Shown: positions 62,431-64,000 of the stretch, piece after piece | How positions within the stretch are numbered: the first letter of the stretch is position 1 | Layout: the number at the start of each line of letters is the position of its first letter | NCBI GenBank assembly: GCA_030704615.1 | Contig: CM060734.1 | Span: 27,838,001 to 27,902,000 of the forward strand | Source of the DNA: Takakia lepidozioides | Taxonomy: Eukaryota; Plantae; Bryophyta | Length of the DNA: 64,000 bases | Direction: 5' to 3' | Program-made: the position numbers and the translations under genes | Notes under the pieces: model-generated | The model's database searches: none | The model's input: only the letters and a program-made list of their open reading frames with translations | Told to the model about the DNA's origin: nothing

Positions 62431-64000
62431 TGTCAAGTTATTTTACCACTAGTGTGAAGTTAGCTAGGAAATAGCTAGCTTTTATATATTGACATTTGGG
62501 ATTGACCCAAGTGTCAATCCAGGGGCCAATACATGTTTGGACACCTGGCGTGGTTATCTTCACGGCAGATCGTGGTGGGCTCATCTTTCTCGAGTTGAGC
62601 CTCACCGCGTCTAGCTATGGCGCCGTAGTGTGGATTCCCCATGGCGTGGGGTGCACTTGGCTCGACTTAATATATGAGTGATGTTTTCATGTGCAAGTGT
62701 GTGAGTTTGAGAGAGCTTGTGTGCTTGTATTATTCTCTTATCACTCGAGAAAGATGAGCTCGAGTATGTGAATGCCAGGTTCGAGTTAGTTGTAGCACTT
62801 ATGTTTTCAGATCATGAAAAGCGGTTTAGCCTAGAGTGCAGGGATCCGTGCATGAGCCTATCCAAAGCGGATAGAGTGCAAAGGCAAACAGGTTGCAGGT
62901 TTGCCATGGATAGAGAGACGGGTAGCCTATGTTGAAGAGCGGCGTTGCATAGCTCAACGCTATGGCAACCAAGTTTGGGCTTTTAGTGTGAAGCGGAGGA
63001 GATGTTGGCCACGAGTGGGGGAACTGGTGGTCGTCTTCTTCAGCTGCAGGCCGAGTTAAGGAGCTGCAGAAATGTGGGCTGCGCATGGAAGCTAGCATGT
63101 TGCAGGTTGGAGATGACATGATCAGCTCCAAGTATTTCTGCCCGAAATCAGTTGTTGCGGGTAGATGAGGAGCAGCCAAATGGTGGAGCTGCGAGGAGAT
63201 GCATCGCAGCCCGTTGGGAGCTTCAGCTCCAAGCTCATGAAGAGGTATGAGTGAAGAGAGGGGGCTGGTCCCTCTTGTGTGCAAATCAGTGCACTTGTGA
63301 AGCATGTGCTAAGTTGGAGTTTCAATCTGAAACTCAGCAGTGTAAGGGCTCTTGGAGTGGCAAGAGCGGGGCTGGAAGGCAGCAACGAGGCGCCCTAGAG
63401 CCAGGGCATATGCATGAGAAGTGCAAGTGCACCAAGTTTGTAAAGGTGTGTATTTTCAGATTCGTTTATGTGAGCTTTATGAAGAAATGGAGCTTGTTGG
63501 GCAGCATATGGCTTGCTTGTTGAGTTGGGGACGCTTCTAGTGGGCCGTGAGAGCTCAGGAGTGCAGGGCGACGGGGCTGATGGCTCCGCAGAAGCCATAG
63601 CTCAGCGGCAGCACGTGCAGGAGCAAACCCCAGCTCGGGGAGAGCTCGGGAACGCATGGGAACTCGTTGGGAGTTCCAGGGAACGCAGGGAATAGTGGCC
63701 GTGATGGGCCGTTGGGGCGGTATCACGAGATACCATGAGCCCAGGTTGTGATGGTTGACCGTGACTGTTGACCATGACCGTTGGAAGTCGTGGTGCGGAC
63801 ACAACGGGTGGGCACGGTGACCAGATCGTGGGATTGGCGGGCCGTGAAGGCTCGTGGCAGTGGTACCACAGGGTATCACGAGGCAGCCCGTGGCCAATGA
63901 GTGCCTAGGGCGGGTCGTGAGGAGTCGTGGCGGTTGGAGCCACGGAAGGCCGCGAACAGGCAGAGTGAAAAAAAATAAAAAATAAAAAATAAAAATCTTT
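62431..64000. mobile_element. Probable LTR or other non-coding TE sequence interrupting the LINE; continues beyond the window
   Basis: Abrupt switch at TGTCAAG from LINE coding sequence to non-coding DNA with short internal repeats; other end not visible. Confidence 0.4.

Overview
Eukaryotic, transposon-dense DNA, most likely from a non-seed land plant such as a bryophyte (inferred from PLS-type PPR fragments, chromoviral Ty3/Gypsy elements and a probably mitochondrial trnR(ACG) fragment). No intact host gene is evident. The window is a nest of decayed Ty3/Gypsy elements (three families), LINE fragments and one Tc1/mariner-type MITE. The main observation is a multi-gene Mutator-like (MULE) DNA transposon family present as four diverged pieces (1-641, about 2090-8220, about 33420-43688, about 57540-59225). 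It carries a WRKY/GCM-like + DDE + SWIM transposase, a spliced ParB/Sulfiredoxin-domain gene and a conserved unknown gene (ORF-X). The two long copies each hold their own palindromic DNA motifs, confined to introns and intergenic DNA; one copy has more than 30 copies of TAGTCGGnnCCGACTA. This suggests a self-recognition or anti-silencing system resembling ParB/parS or VANDAL/VANC. Second, 25.9-30.7 kb is a mosaic of organelle-related gene fragments that includes an intron-containing, cyanobacterial-type DNA polymerase III alpha (dnaE) segment. All homologies were judged by eye from translations, without database searches.
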